The notes under the pieces were generated by a model that had not been told where the DNA came from, made no database searches, and saw only the letters and a program-made list of their open reading frames with translations. Both the position numbers and the translations under genes were made by a program. A DNA stretch of 49,391 bases from a virus (lineage: Duplodnaviria; Caudoviricetes). Shown here in pieces: positions 1-6,966 of the stretch (the stretch's first letter is position 1; each line of letters opens with the position of its first letter). The stretch lies in the IMG/VR virus record IMGVR_UViG_3300030376_004391, positions 1 to 49,391 of that record; one strand, given 5' to 3'.

Positions 1-148
1 GTACGAGGCGGAGAAACTAACGCCAGAGCAGAGGCAAGATCCAGAAGCGCTCGTGATCCGAGACAAAGCAGTCCAGAACGCTCTCGTGAATCTGGACATG
101 AGATTCCGAACATACGCTGAGGACTCATGGACAGCGATGGTTCTCAAA
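1..148. repeat. Terminal direct repeat (circular assembly overlap), copy 1
   Basis: Identical to 49244-49391 except A78 vs C49321; an ORF reads through the junction. Confidence 0.95.
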
Positions 149-277
149 TACATTGAGGACAACTACTTCGGCTCAGGGGAACCAGACTGGGATCTCTGGG
201 TTCAGCGAGAAGAAGATATCATCGCTGAAGTATACTTGCAGATGGACAGGCTACATGTAGAGAGGAGCAAGAAATGA
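2..277 (+). CDS. Hypothetical protein, 3' part of the gene starting at 49173
   Basis: Open frame from base 2; stop overlaps next ATG (ATGA). Confidence 0.75.
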   Translation, partial: YEAEKLTPEQRQDPEALVIRDKAVQNALVNLDMRFRTYAEDSWTAMVLKYIEDNYFGSGEPDWDLWVQREEDIIAEVYLQMDRLHVERSKK

Positions 278-510
278 TACTCGCAATCATGAACGTGGCG
301 AATCCGTTGTACGAGTTCTTGATCCTACCAGTCGGATTCATTTCTCTGGGCTGGTTCTGCAACTCGCTCTCTGACAAGTACCTTGAGTATGAAACAAACC
401 GGAGCCAGCCAAAGCCAACGAACGTTCGGTTGTTGTTCCCTCCAGAGGACACAACGCCGGAACTGTATGACTGGCAGAACGATCCCTACTTTTCCACCGA
501 GGAACAGTAG
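274..510 (+). CDS. Small membrane protein
   Basis: GAGGAG RBS, ATGA overlap, N-terminal hydrophobic segment. Confidence 0.7.
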   Translation: MILAIMNVANPLYEFLILPVGFISLGWFCNSLSDKYLEYETNRSQPKPTNVRLLFPPEDTTPELYDWQNDPYFSTEEQ

Positions 511-519
511 AATGATCTG

Positions 520-616
520 AGAGCGTCGGTCGTAGAGCGCAAAGACCGAAGCCTGATATTTGTGAGTCGTCTACCCCAGACGGCGGGGCAATCAGGCTCT
601 TTGCGACCGGCGTTCT
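520..616 (+). ncRNA. Candidate structured RNA between convergent genes
   Basis: Nested stems 520-537/599-616 (four G-U pairs), 550-557/591-598, 566-572/578-584. Confidence 0.5.
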
Positions 617-662
617 TGTATCTTCTCAACGATCAGGCATATCCCGACCGCCAGCAAAGACA

Positions 663-1031
663 TCAACGAGATCCGCCTTCATATGGAACAGCGTGACCGA
701 GTGAGATCATCTCATCGTTGAGGCATTGACCGTCATCGTTCAGGATCCTTCCGAGAACTCTGCCGAACTTTCCTTTGCCGTCAAGTTGTGTCTGTACGAT
801 CACAACGCCGTCTCCTTCTTTGCACCACTCCTCCACATATCGTTTGGATAGAAGTCCAGCCTCTTTCTCAATGGGATCTCTGGTGCGTGACTCTGGCGCA
901 TTGATGCCAGCGAATCGGATCCTTGCTTTCATATGGATATCAAAACCGAGATCTAGAACAACATCAATGGTGTCTCCATCAATGATTCTTTCAACGGTTG
1001 CTTTGTAGTGGAATAGTTTTCCTTTGCTCAT
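663..1031 (-). CDS. Thermonuclease (SNase-like) family protein
   Basis: IIDGDTID...IRFAGINAPE...GKFGRVLG motifs; start MSKGK at 1031 after GGAGG. Confidence 0.9.
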   Translation of the reverse strand: MSKGKLFHYKATVERIIDGDTIDVVLDLGFDIHMKARIRFAGINAPESRTRDPIEKEAGLLSKRYVEEWCKEGDGVVIVQTQLDGKGKFGRVLGRILNDDGQCLNDEMISLGHAVPYEGGSR

Positions 1032-1033
1032 GG

Positions 1034-3997
1034 TTATGTCACCTCCGTGATTGTCACATTGTAGTATCCGTTCGTGTCTTGATTGTAGATGCCCAACTCT
1101 AGGCGATATGTTCCAGCCTCCAGTTGGCGTGTGATCGCCGAGTCCCAGCAGTTGCCGGACTCTCCGCATTCTTCGTAAGTTCCGCAAGTGCAACCTCCAT
1201 CATCGTCTTGTTGGAGCAGAGTTCCGGTTGAGTCATCGTACAGTTTGATGAATGGGTCGCCGTAGTCGCTTGGATCGTCCCACGCTCCGCAAGTTAGATC
1301 TGTTCGTGCCACGATCTCCAGTGTCGTGGTTTGTTGAATGGTAAATACAAGCGTATCCGGTTGTCCAAATGTGTCAATGTCCGCCACACAAGAATCTCCA
1401 ACACCGGACCAGCCTGCGGTCAATCCGCAGTCAATCGTTTGGACCGCTGTCACTGACGAAACTGTGTCCACCGTGTACGGATCACCGATCACGATATCAA
1501 TGAAGCCGTCAGTCCATTCCGTGGTCGTAGTGTCCACATATGTTGTTGTCACGGTCGTCTCTGTCACTGTGGTTTCGTACCAGTAGCCGTCACTAGAATC
1601 CAGAGCCTGAGTCGTCACCGAAGAATTGACAGAACTCTGATTCGTCTGTTCCGTCGTCACAACAGGATCCATCGGAGTCGCACAGCCACTCGGTTTCGGA
1701 ATCTGAGTCGTCGTCCATGAAATCGTCATCATCTCCGGTGGGTTGTCCTCCCTCCACAGGCAATCCCTCACTGTCGCCACCAGTTCCTCCGTCGTCCATG
1801 AAGTCTCCGTCTGTGTCTCCTGAATTGGTTTCTGAATTGTCTCCGTCAAGTCCTCCCAGATCGTCTCCGTTGAAGTCTCCGTCCCAGTCAGGAAAGTCTT
1901 GGTCGTTCCCTTCCGTATCTGGATCTCCTCCCATTTGATCTCCGTCGTCGTCTCCGTCCAGAGGGTATCCACCCACGTCTCCGTCAGCGTTCCCCCAACA
2001 TCGGTGTATTCCTCTGTCCTCGTCGTATTCGCAGATGAGATCACTGGGGAGTTCGTCGTGTAACTCCTCAGCAGAATCTCCTCCGAAATCAATTCCGTCC
2101 CTATCAGGACCGGCTCCGGATCCCCAAAAGGGTCGTCGTCATCAACTCCTTCAAAGTCGTCCCATTCGGTCGCTTCCTCAATGTAGAAGTCAGCGTCATA
2201 GTCCTCTGGATCCCAGTAGTCGTCATCCCAGTAGTCGTCATCAAAGTCGTCCCACACAAAGTCATCGTCATCGTCTTCGTCTGTGGCGATCAAGAAAATC
2301 TGATCTTCCTCAATCTGCTCAATCCAAGTGTCGCCCAGAACTTCCTTCACTGTTCCAGTCGCTACCGCTTGGAAGTAGTCAGCATCAGAAGCCACCCACG
2401 CTTCAATCTGATCTTCCTCCGTGGTGAGTTCACCGGTGTCAGCGTCGTATGTGATTTCGTATTCAATCGGCGCTTGATCTTCTTCCAGTTCAGTTTCAAA
2501 CTCGGTCTCAACTAGGATCTCCCCAGAGTCAGCGTCAACAATGTCAATCTCAATCAACTTATCTGCTTCTTGTCCTTCTTCTGGATCCTGCTCCTCCAGA
2601 TCAAACTCAATGTCTTGGTCAGCGTTAGTCGGGATCTCCACCGCCACATCTTCCACAGCGATCTCCAGAGTTCCGCCTTCCAGACCTTCAATCTCCACTT
2701 CGCCGTCATCGTCCCACTCAATCAGAGATTGCTCCTCCACCGGTTCGCAATCCTCACAAGATTCTTCCGGCTCCTCCAACGCCGTGACCGGTGCTTCAAT
2801 CTGAACGGATCGTTCTTCGTCCAGAACAAGCAAAGAGAACTGTGTCTCAGCCTCAGCGGTTTCTGGCTCCTCCACAACGTCCGCCGGATTCTGGCTCGTG
2901 CTTTGCGTTACGTCCGCCGAATAGGTTTCAACCTCTGGCGGTAAATACACGAGAACAGGATCAGCGGTTCCTCGGCTTATCAAATACCGGTATGAGGCGT
3001 TCGGAATCTCGTTGATGAACTCTCCATCAAACCAGCCGAGGCGATTGTTTTTGCCGTCTACGATCTGCAAACCGATTTGTGTGTCTCCGGTAGTCGCAAC
3101 CGTCAGGAGCGTCCCAGATTTGGTTTGTGCGTCGTTGGGACAGAATGGACATGTGAACGGTCCACGTCTGGCGCTCATCGGTGTCAGTTCCAGCGTTCCG
3201 GTTGATCCAGACCAACCTCCGCTCGTGTCGTTCGGGTTGAGGCTGGCGAGATCGTAGGACCAGCGATCGCCGTCAATGTTGATCCAACGCTCCTGATTCG
3301 GGTGATTTGAGTCATATATGAAGATCCGCCACTGATCTCCGATCTGTTCCACCCTGTACGGTGTCACAGCGTGTCCTCCTGCTTCTGAATACAATCCGAG
3401 CGTGTAACCCAGCGAAGAACCCTCAGAAGCGCCTGAGAAGTCCTCTGAGAGCGTCTGAGCGATCTGCGCCGGAGTTAGGGACAAGAACTTCTCTGCTTCC
3501 TCAGCGACCTCAAAAGCGAACTGTGTCGTGTACCAGTAAGCGAGTTCTGAGAGCAACCGTGGATCCTCCTTGACCATGGAAGCAACATCAGCCACATTCT
3601 GATATTCGCTGATGGCGTTTGCATCGTTAGCGAGCCTGAGCGCCAGCACAGCGAAACCTTCGCAGAGACCGTTCGCCATGGATCGGTTCGCCTGCTGAAT
3701 GAGTTGAAGCACCACCGGATAAGGCGTGCATTGATTGTCAACGACTTCAGAGCAGACTTGATGATCGCCGTACAAGCGCCGGACCATGTTCACGGTCAGA
3801 GATGCCGGTGCTTCACCGCCACCAAAGTTCTCAAACGAGAATCCATCTTCTGCTGGTTCGTAATCCAGAGACACGCTGACGGTTTGCTGACTGTCATCAA
3901 TGACGACAGGGGCGACTGTCTCCTGTTCGCCTCCACCGCCGGAACACGCTCCAGCGATCAGCGCCAGTGATCCAAGGAATCCAAAAAGTTTCTTCAT
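1034..3997 (-). CDS. Large acidic lipoprotein, papain-like Cys-His-Asp domain and C-terminal PPC-like domain
   Basis: Signal peptide and lipobox LIAGAC; GLCEG / GHAV / YDSN triad pattern; D/E- and T-rich tracts; DPFIKLY..DDDGG..LEAGTY. Confidence 0.7.
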   Translation of the reverse strand: MKKLFGFLGSLALIAGACSGGGGEQETVAPVVIDDSQQTVSVSLDYEPAEDGFSFENFGGGEAPASLTVNMVRRLYGDHQVCSEVVDNQCTPYPVVLQLIQQANRSMANGLCEGFAVLALRLANDANAISEYQNVADVASMVKEDPRLLSELAYWYTTQFAFEVAEEAEKFLSLTPAQIAQTLSEDFSGASEGSSLGYTLGLYSEAGGHAVTPYRVEQIGDQWRIFIYDSNHPNQERWINIDGDRWSYDLASLNPNDTSGGWSGSTGTLELTPMSARRGPFTCPFCPNDAQTKSGTLLTVATTGDTQIGLQIVDGKNNRLGWFDGEFINEIPNASYRYLISRGTADPVLVYLPPEVETYSADVTQSTSQNPADVVEEPETAEAETQFSLLVLDEERSVQIEAPVTALEEPEESCEDCEPVEEQSLIEWDDDGEVEIEGLEGGTLEIAVEDVAVEIPTNADQDIEFDLEEQDPEEGQEADKLIEIDIVDADSGEILVETEFETELEEDQAPIEYEITYDADTGELTTEEDQIEAWVASDADYFQAVATGTVKEVLGDTWIEQIEEDQIFLIATDEDDDDDFVWDDFDDDYWDDDYWDPEDYDADFYIEEATEWDDFEGVDDDDPFGDPEPVLIGTELISEEILLRSYTTNSPVISSANTTRTEEYTDVGGTLTETWVDTLWTETTTEIKWEEIQIRKGTTKTFLTGTETSTETIWEDLTETIQKPIQETQTETSWTTEELVATVRDCLWREDNPPEMMTISWTTTQIPKPSGCATPMDPVVTTEQTNQSSVNSSVTTQALDSSDGYWYETTVTETTVTTTYVDTTTTEWTDGFIDIVIGDPYTVDTVSSVTAVQTIDCGLTAGWSGVGDSCVADIDTFGQPDTLVFTIQQTTTLEIVARTDLTCGAWDDPSDYGDPFIKLYDDSTGTLLQQDDDGGCTCGTYEECGESGNCWDSAITRQLEAGTYRLELGIYNQDTNGYYNVTITEVT

Positions 3998-4455
3998 CGC
4001 CTCTTTCGTTTTGCTTGATAGATAAACAGACCGGCAAGTATCAGAATCAGCCCAACGCCGAGAAGAATCGGAATGAGAGATCCTGCTGGCGCTCCTGCCA
4101 GATCCAGAGAGAAGTTCTTCCCTCCACCGCCGAGCAGATCATTCTCTGATTTGAGTTCCGCCACCGCCGACTCCAACTGCGTGACTTGATACTCCAGTTG
4201 AGCCTGATCGTTGCCAGAGTCCCAGAGGAAACCGAACGCTCCGCCGATGGTCGCCGGTAGTCCGAGAATGTAAGCGATGTTGTCTTTGATCCGGTCAATG
4301 AGAGACTTGGCTTCATCAATCCGGTCCAGTGTGGATTCCACAGCGCTGGTCGCTGAATCCATTTTGGAATCAATCGTTGATCGCAAATCAGCGATCGCAT
4401 TTATGAGTTCATCATTTGTGTCGCTCACCTCAGCGACCTCCTCTTGGTCGGTCAC
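3994..4455 (-). CDS. Membrane protein with coiled coil
   Basis: AGGAG RBS, hydrophobic segments, C-terminal TM with basic tail, ATGA overlap. Confidence 0.7.
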   Translation of the reverse strand: MTDQEEVAEVSDTNDELINAIADLRSTIDSKMDSATSAVESTLDRIDEAKSLIDRIKDNIAYILGLPATIGGAFGFLWDSGNDQAQLEYQVTQLESAVAELKSENDLLGGGGKNFSLDLAGAPAGSLIPILLGVGLILILAGLFIYQAKRKRR

Positions 4456-4534
4456 TGTAGGACACTCCTATCAATAGAATATCAAATTTCTCGGATCGCC
4501 ACAGAAGGTTCTGAGAACAATGTATGATGAGTTG

Positions 4535-4665
4535 AGCAGATCCCCAAAGAGGTATGACCTCCTAGTCTTGGTGGTACAAAATTATGTGGTTTCTCCCTGC
4601 TTTGGGGATTGGAGCCGGTCGGACGTTGTTTCCAAAATCTCCGCCGACCGGCTCCTCCAGTTTCA
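4535..4665 (+). ncRNA. Candidate multi-target antisense small RNA
   Basis: -10 TATGAT at 4523-4528; stems 4540-4549/4600-4609 and 4611-4622/4644-4655; loops complementary to cassette leaders. Confidence 0.65.
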
Positions 4666-4669
4666 TCAA

Positions 4670-4836
4670 TTTCAATGTTTGGTGTTTTTTTGGGGCTGTT
4701 TTTGACGATTTTTGAGAAATTTCTTTGAGGTCAAAACCGTTGGATTCTAGGGCTTTTTGGGGATTCGGGAAAGAAATATCGTCAACTGGCGCTGAATGAG
4801 TTGCAAAGTTAGGTATTAGGGTCTATCTTTAAGGAC
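4670..4836 (+). promoter_or_regulatory. Cassette promoter C1
   Basis: CAATGTTT box, T-tracts, TTGCAA(4801)-17-TATCTT(4824), dyad TAGGTATTAGGGTCTA 4810-4825. Confidence 0.85.
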
Positions 4837-5355
4837 ATGGAAACAACCAAGGAGATCAACCAAATGATAAACGTAAACAACTACAAACTAGGCAAAGCAA
4901 AATTCATCAAGGCTTCAAGCCTTAAGACACTACGCCACCAAGTAACTTGCATGGCAAAAGTAATAACTGGATATAATTCAGAAACAGGAAATCCTGTATG
5001 GGAAGAAAAAACTGTTTGCGGTTGGGCAAGCAATGTTATCGCTACAGGACGAAGTGTGCAATTCTCACTAGTTGATGACAGAGGAAACCACAGAGGATTT
5101 GTAAGTAGCATCGGAGCCGAAACTGAAGTTTATGTTCAACACTCAAACATGTTCCCATTTGACCTCGTAGAAGAATTTCAAGCAAACGGTGAAAACGTAA
5201 AGCACTTTGACTGGGCATACGGAACCGAATGGCTAAACGTAAAATACACAACCGTATGGGGAGACTCCAAAATTGACCCACGAACCAAAGCCGGAAAGAA
5301 CGCTATCGCCGGACTAGAAGTTCCAACCTACGAAGAATACATCGCAACAATCTAA
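4837..5355 (+). CDS. Cassette 1 hypothetical protein (alternative RBS-led start 4864)
   Basis: METTKEINQM leader, A/C-rich coding strand. Confidence 0.8.
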   Translation: METTKEINQMINVNNYKLGKAKFIKASSLKTLRHQVTCMAKVITGYNSETGNPVWEEKTVCGWASNVIATGRSVQFSLVDDRGNHRGFVSSIGAETEVYVQHSNMFPFDLVEEFQANGENVKHFDWAYGTEWLNVKYTTVWGDSKIDPRTKAGKNAIAGLEVPTYEEYIATI

Positions 5356-5362
5356 GGCGACA

Positions 5363-5460
5363 GGGTTGAGCGGAGCGAGACCGCCACGAGGAGCGAGACC
5401 TCACAACTCACGACCGGACAATCCGGCAAACAAAACCACCAAGATCAAAAGGAGATCAAA
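5363..5460 (+). repeat. Structured intergenic repeat R1
   Basis: GGGTTG..CAACTC junction with two AGCGAGA-loop hairpins, CCGGA-CAA-TCCGG, ACCACCAAGATCAAAAGGAGATCAAA. Confidence 0.9.
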
Positions 5461-5799
5461 ATGGAAAATATAGAAATCACAAGATACTCAAAAGCATTTG
5501 ACGGAGCGGATTACAAAGACCGACACCTTCACATCTTCGCCAAAGGTGCGTATGTTACAGCAACGCAGTTGCAAGAAACAGAAGAAGTGTCAGACGTAAG
5601 AGTTAATGTAAACAAGGAAACGAAACTTTACTTTGCCTGCGGAACCAATGGAAGTCAAACTTTCCAATTCGGGAATGTAACAATTCGCTTGACATCGGAT
5701 CAGTTGGATCAGATGATCGCCAACCGTACTGATGTCACCGGAAAAAATTACATGGACTTGAAGGCTTTATATCCCGATGAGGAGATTGTCAGCGCATAA
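5461..5799 (+). CDS. Cassette 1 hypothetical protein
   Basis: Strong RBS supplied by R1. Confidence 0.8.
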   Translation: MENIEITRYSKAFDGADYKDRHLHIFAKGAYVTATQLQETEEVSDVRVNVNKETKLYFACGTNGSQTFQFGNVTIRLTSDQLDQMIANRTDVTGKNYMDLKALYPDEEIVSA

Positions 5800-5805
5800 T
5801 CAAAA

Positions 5806-5901
5806 GGACTGAGCGGTAAGACCGCCTCCGAGTTCACGACTCGGCAGTTCACGACCGGACAATCCGGCAAACAAAACCACCAAGATCAAAAGGAGATCAA
5901 A
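5806..5901 (+). repeat. Structured intergenic repeat R2
   Basis: GGACTG..CAGTTC; GCGG-TAAGA-CCGC; CCGAG-TTCACGA-CTCGG. Confidence 0.9.
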
Positions 5902-6090
5902 ATGAAAATCACAAAAGGAACAACAGTGGAACTAGTACACTCAGATCACTTCAATGGGATCATCGGGATTGGAACAAAAGGCGAAGTCCTTGAGGTCTAT
6001 GGAGATGGAAGCATCAACGTGAAATGGGAAAAAGGCGGAACGCTGTCATTGCTTCCACAACTCGGCGACTCATTCAAAGTCATCAACTAA
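5902..6090 (+). CDS. Small SH3-like beta protein (resembles DUF4314)
   Basis: GTTVELV..IGTKGEV....DGSINVKWEKGGTLSLLP..D pattern, recognised by eye. Confidence 0.6.
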   Translation: MKITKGTTVELVHSDHFNGIIGIGTKGEVLEVYGDGSINVKWEKGGTLSLLPQLGDSFKVIN

Positions 6091-6339
6091 TACAGACAAG
6101 AACACACTTGGTGGTGTGTTTCCATAGGGAAGTCCCCGACTTCGGTCGGGGGCTTTCTGCTTTCTGCCCTGATTCCACTCAACGAGATCAGCGAGCAGAG
6201 CATCAGCGCATTCTTCTTCCGTCAGAGGCTCCTCAGAGCCACACAGAGGCGTTCTAACGAGTTCTAAGCATGACCAACACCGGAAACCAGCGTCAGAGGT
6301 CCACGTCACGTCACAGCCGTCACAGCGGACAGCGGTCAC
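6070..6339 (-). CDS. Small Cys-rich (zinc-ribbon) protein; C-terminus runs through T1
   Basis: CDGC...CWSC, follows the lysis genes. Confidence 0.5.
   Translation of the reverse strand: MTAVRCDGCDVTWTSDAGFRCWSCLELVRTPLCGSEEPLTEEECADALLADLVEWNQGRKQKAPDRSRGLPYGNTPPSVFLSVLVDDFE
6130..6164 (+). terminator. Intrinsic terminator T1
   Basis: AAGTCCCCGAC-TTCG-GTCGGGGGCTT then TCTGCTTT; same family as T2 and T3. Confidence 0.85.
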
Positions 6340-6342
6340 AAA

Positions 6343-6672
6343 CTACTTTTTCTTCGCCGGAGCCTTTTTCTTGGCTGGGGCTTTCTTCGCTGGAGCCTTC
6401 TTCGCTGTCGTTGCTTTTTTCGCTGGTGCTTTCTTGGCTGGAGCCTTCTTCTTTGGCTTACCTTCTAACGCTTCCCACACAGCATCATCAACAACACCAG
6501 TCTGTTCCAACTTGTTGTCCTTCTGGAACGCCACAACGCCACGGAGAACCGCTTTGCTGAACATTCCCTTGTTGGACCGCCCAACGTCATATCCACGCTC
6601 ACGGAGTTGTTCCTTGAGTGCTATGACAGCGACACGGTTCGCTCTCTTGTTGCTTAATCTTGGCTTTGTCAT
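6343..6672 (-). CDS. Peptidoglycan-binding domain protein with histone-like KKAPA tail
   Basis: LKEQLRERGY...VVAFQKDNKLEQTGVVD..W; repeated KKAPA. Confidence 0.8.
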   Translation of the reverse strand: MTKPRLSNKRANRVAVIALKEQLRERGYDVGRSNKGMFSKAVLRGVVAFQKDNKLEQTGVVDDAVWEALEGKPKKKAPAKKAPAKKATTAKKAPAKKAPAKKKAPAKKK

Positions 6673-6681
6673 GTCTGTCTC

Positions 6682-6957
6682 CTACTCGTAGAGATGCTCG
6701 TCAGCATCTTCTGGAATATCTTCCAGTTGCTTCACGATGGAAGCAGTTGCGTCACCGATCGGAGCCATCGTGCAGATCGCTCCTTTGATGACTGAAATCA
6801 TCGCTGGCAGAGCGCCTATGCCTGCCATTTTGAGAGTTGAGATTCCGCCCATGTCCACGCCCATTCCGGAAGCAGAAAGCAGTCCGAGGAATGTTTGGAC
6901 ATAAGTGAAGATCGCTCTCTCAGCGATGTCTTTGAATTGGTCAATGTTTAATCTCAT
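6682..6957 (-). CDS. Holin (r1t-like)
   Basis: AERAIFTYVQTFLG motif, two hydrophobic segments, next to endolysin. Confidence 0.8.
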   Translation of the reverse strand: MRLNIDQFKDIAERAIFTYVQTFLGLLSASGMGVDMGGISTLKMAGIGALPAMISVIKGAICTMAPIGDATASIVKQLEDIPEDADEHLYE

Positions 6958-6966
6958 ATCATTCTC

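Noticed and set aside
1-148. Biological terminal repeat
   Set aside because: Falls inside a coding sequence and is about read length; most likely an assembly overlap
1593-1976. Alternative-frame and antisense ORFs within long genes
   Set aside because: Shadow ORFs of low-complexity or biased coding sequence with no RBS
4458-4470. TAGGA-CAC-TCCTA as another operator
   Set aside because: Wrong spacing, and one arm is the RBS of gene 4455
4520-4705. 61-aa ORF over the sRNA locus
   Set aside because: No RBS, ATG overlaps the -10, runs through hairpins and T-tracts
5363-5901. Repeats R1-R5 as a CRISPR array or integron attC sites
   Set aside because: Separated by whole genes; no cas or integron integrase; no GTTRRRY/RYYYAAC ends; G-U pattern favours RNA structure
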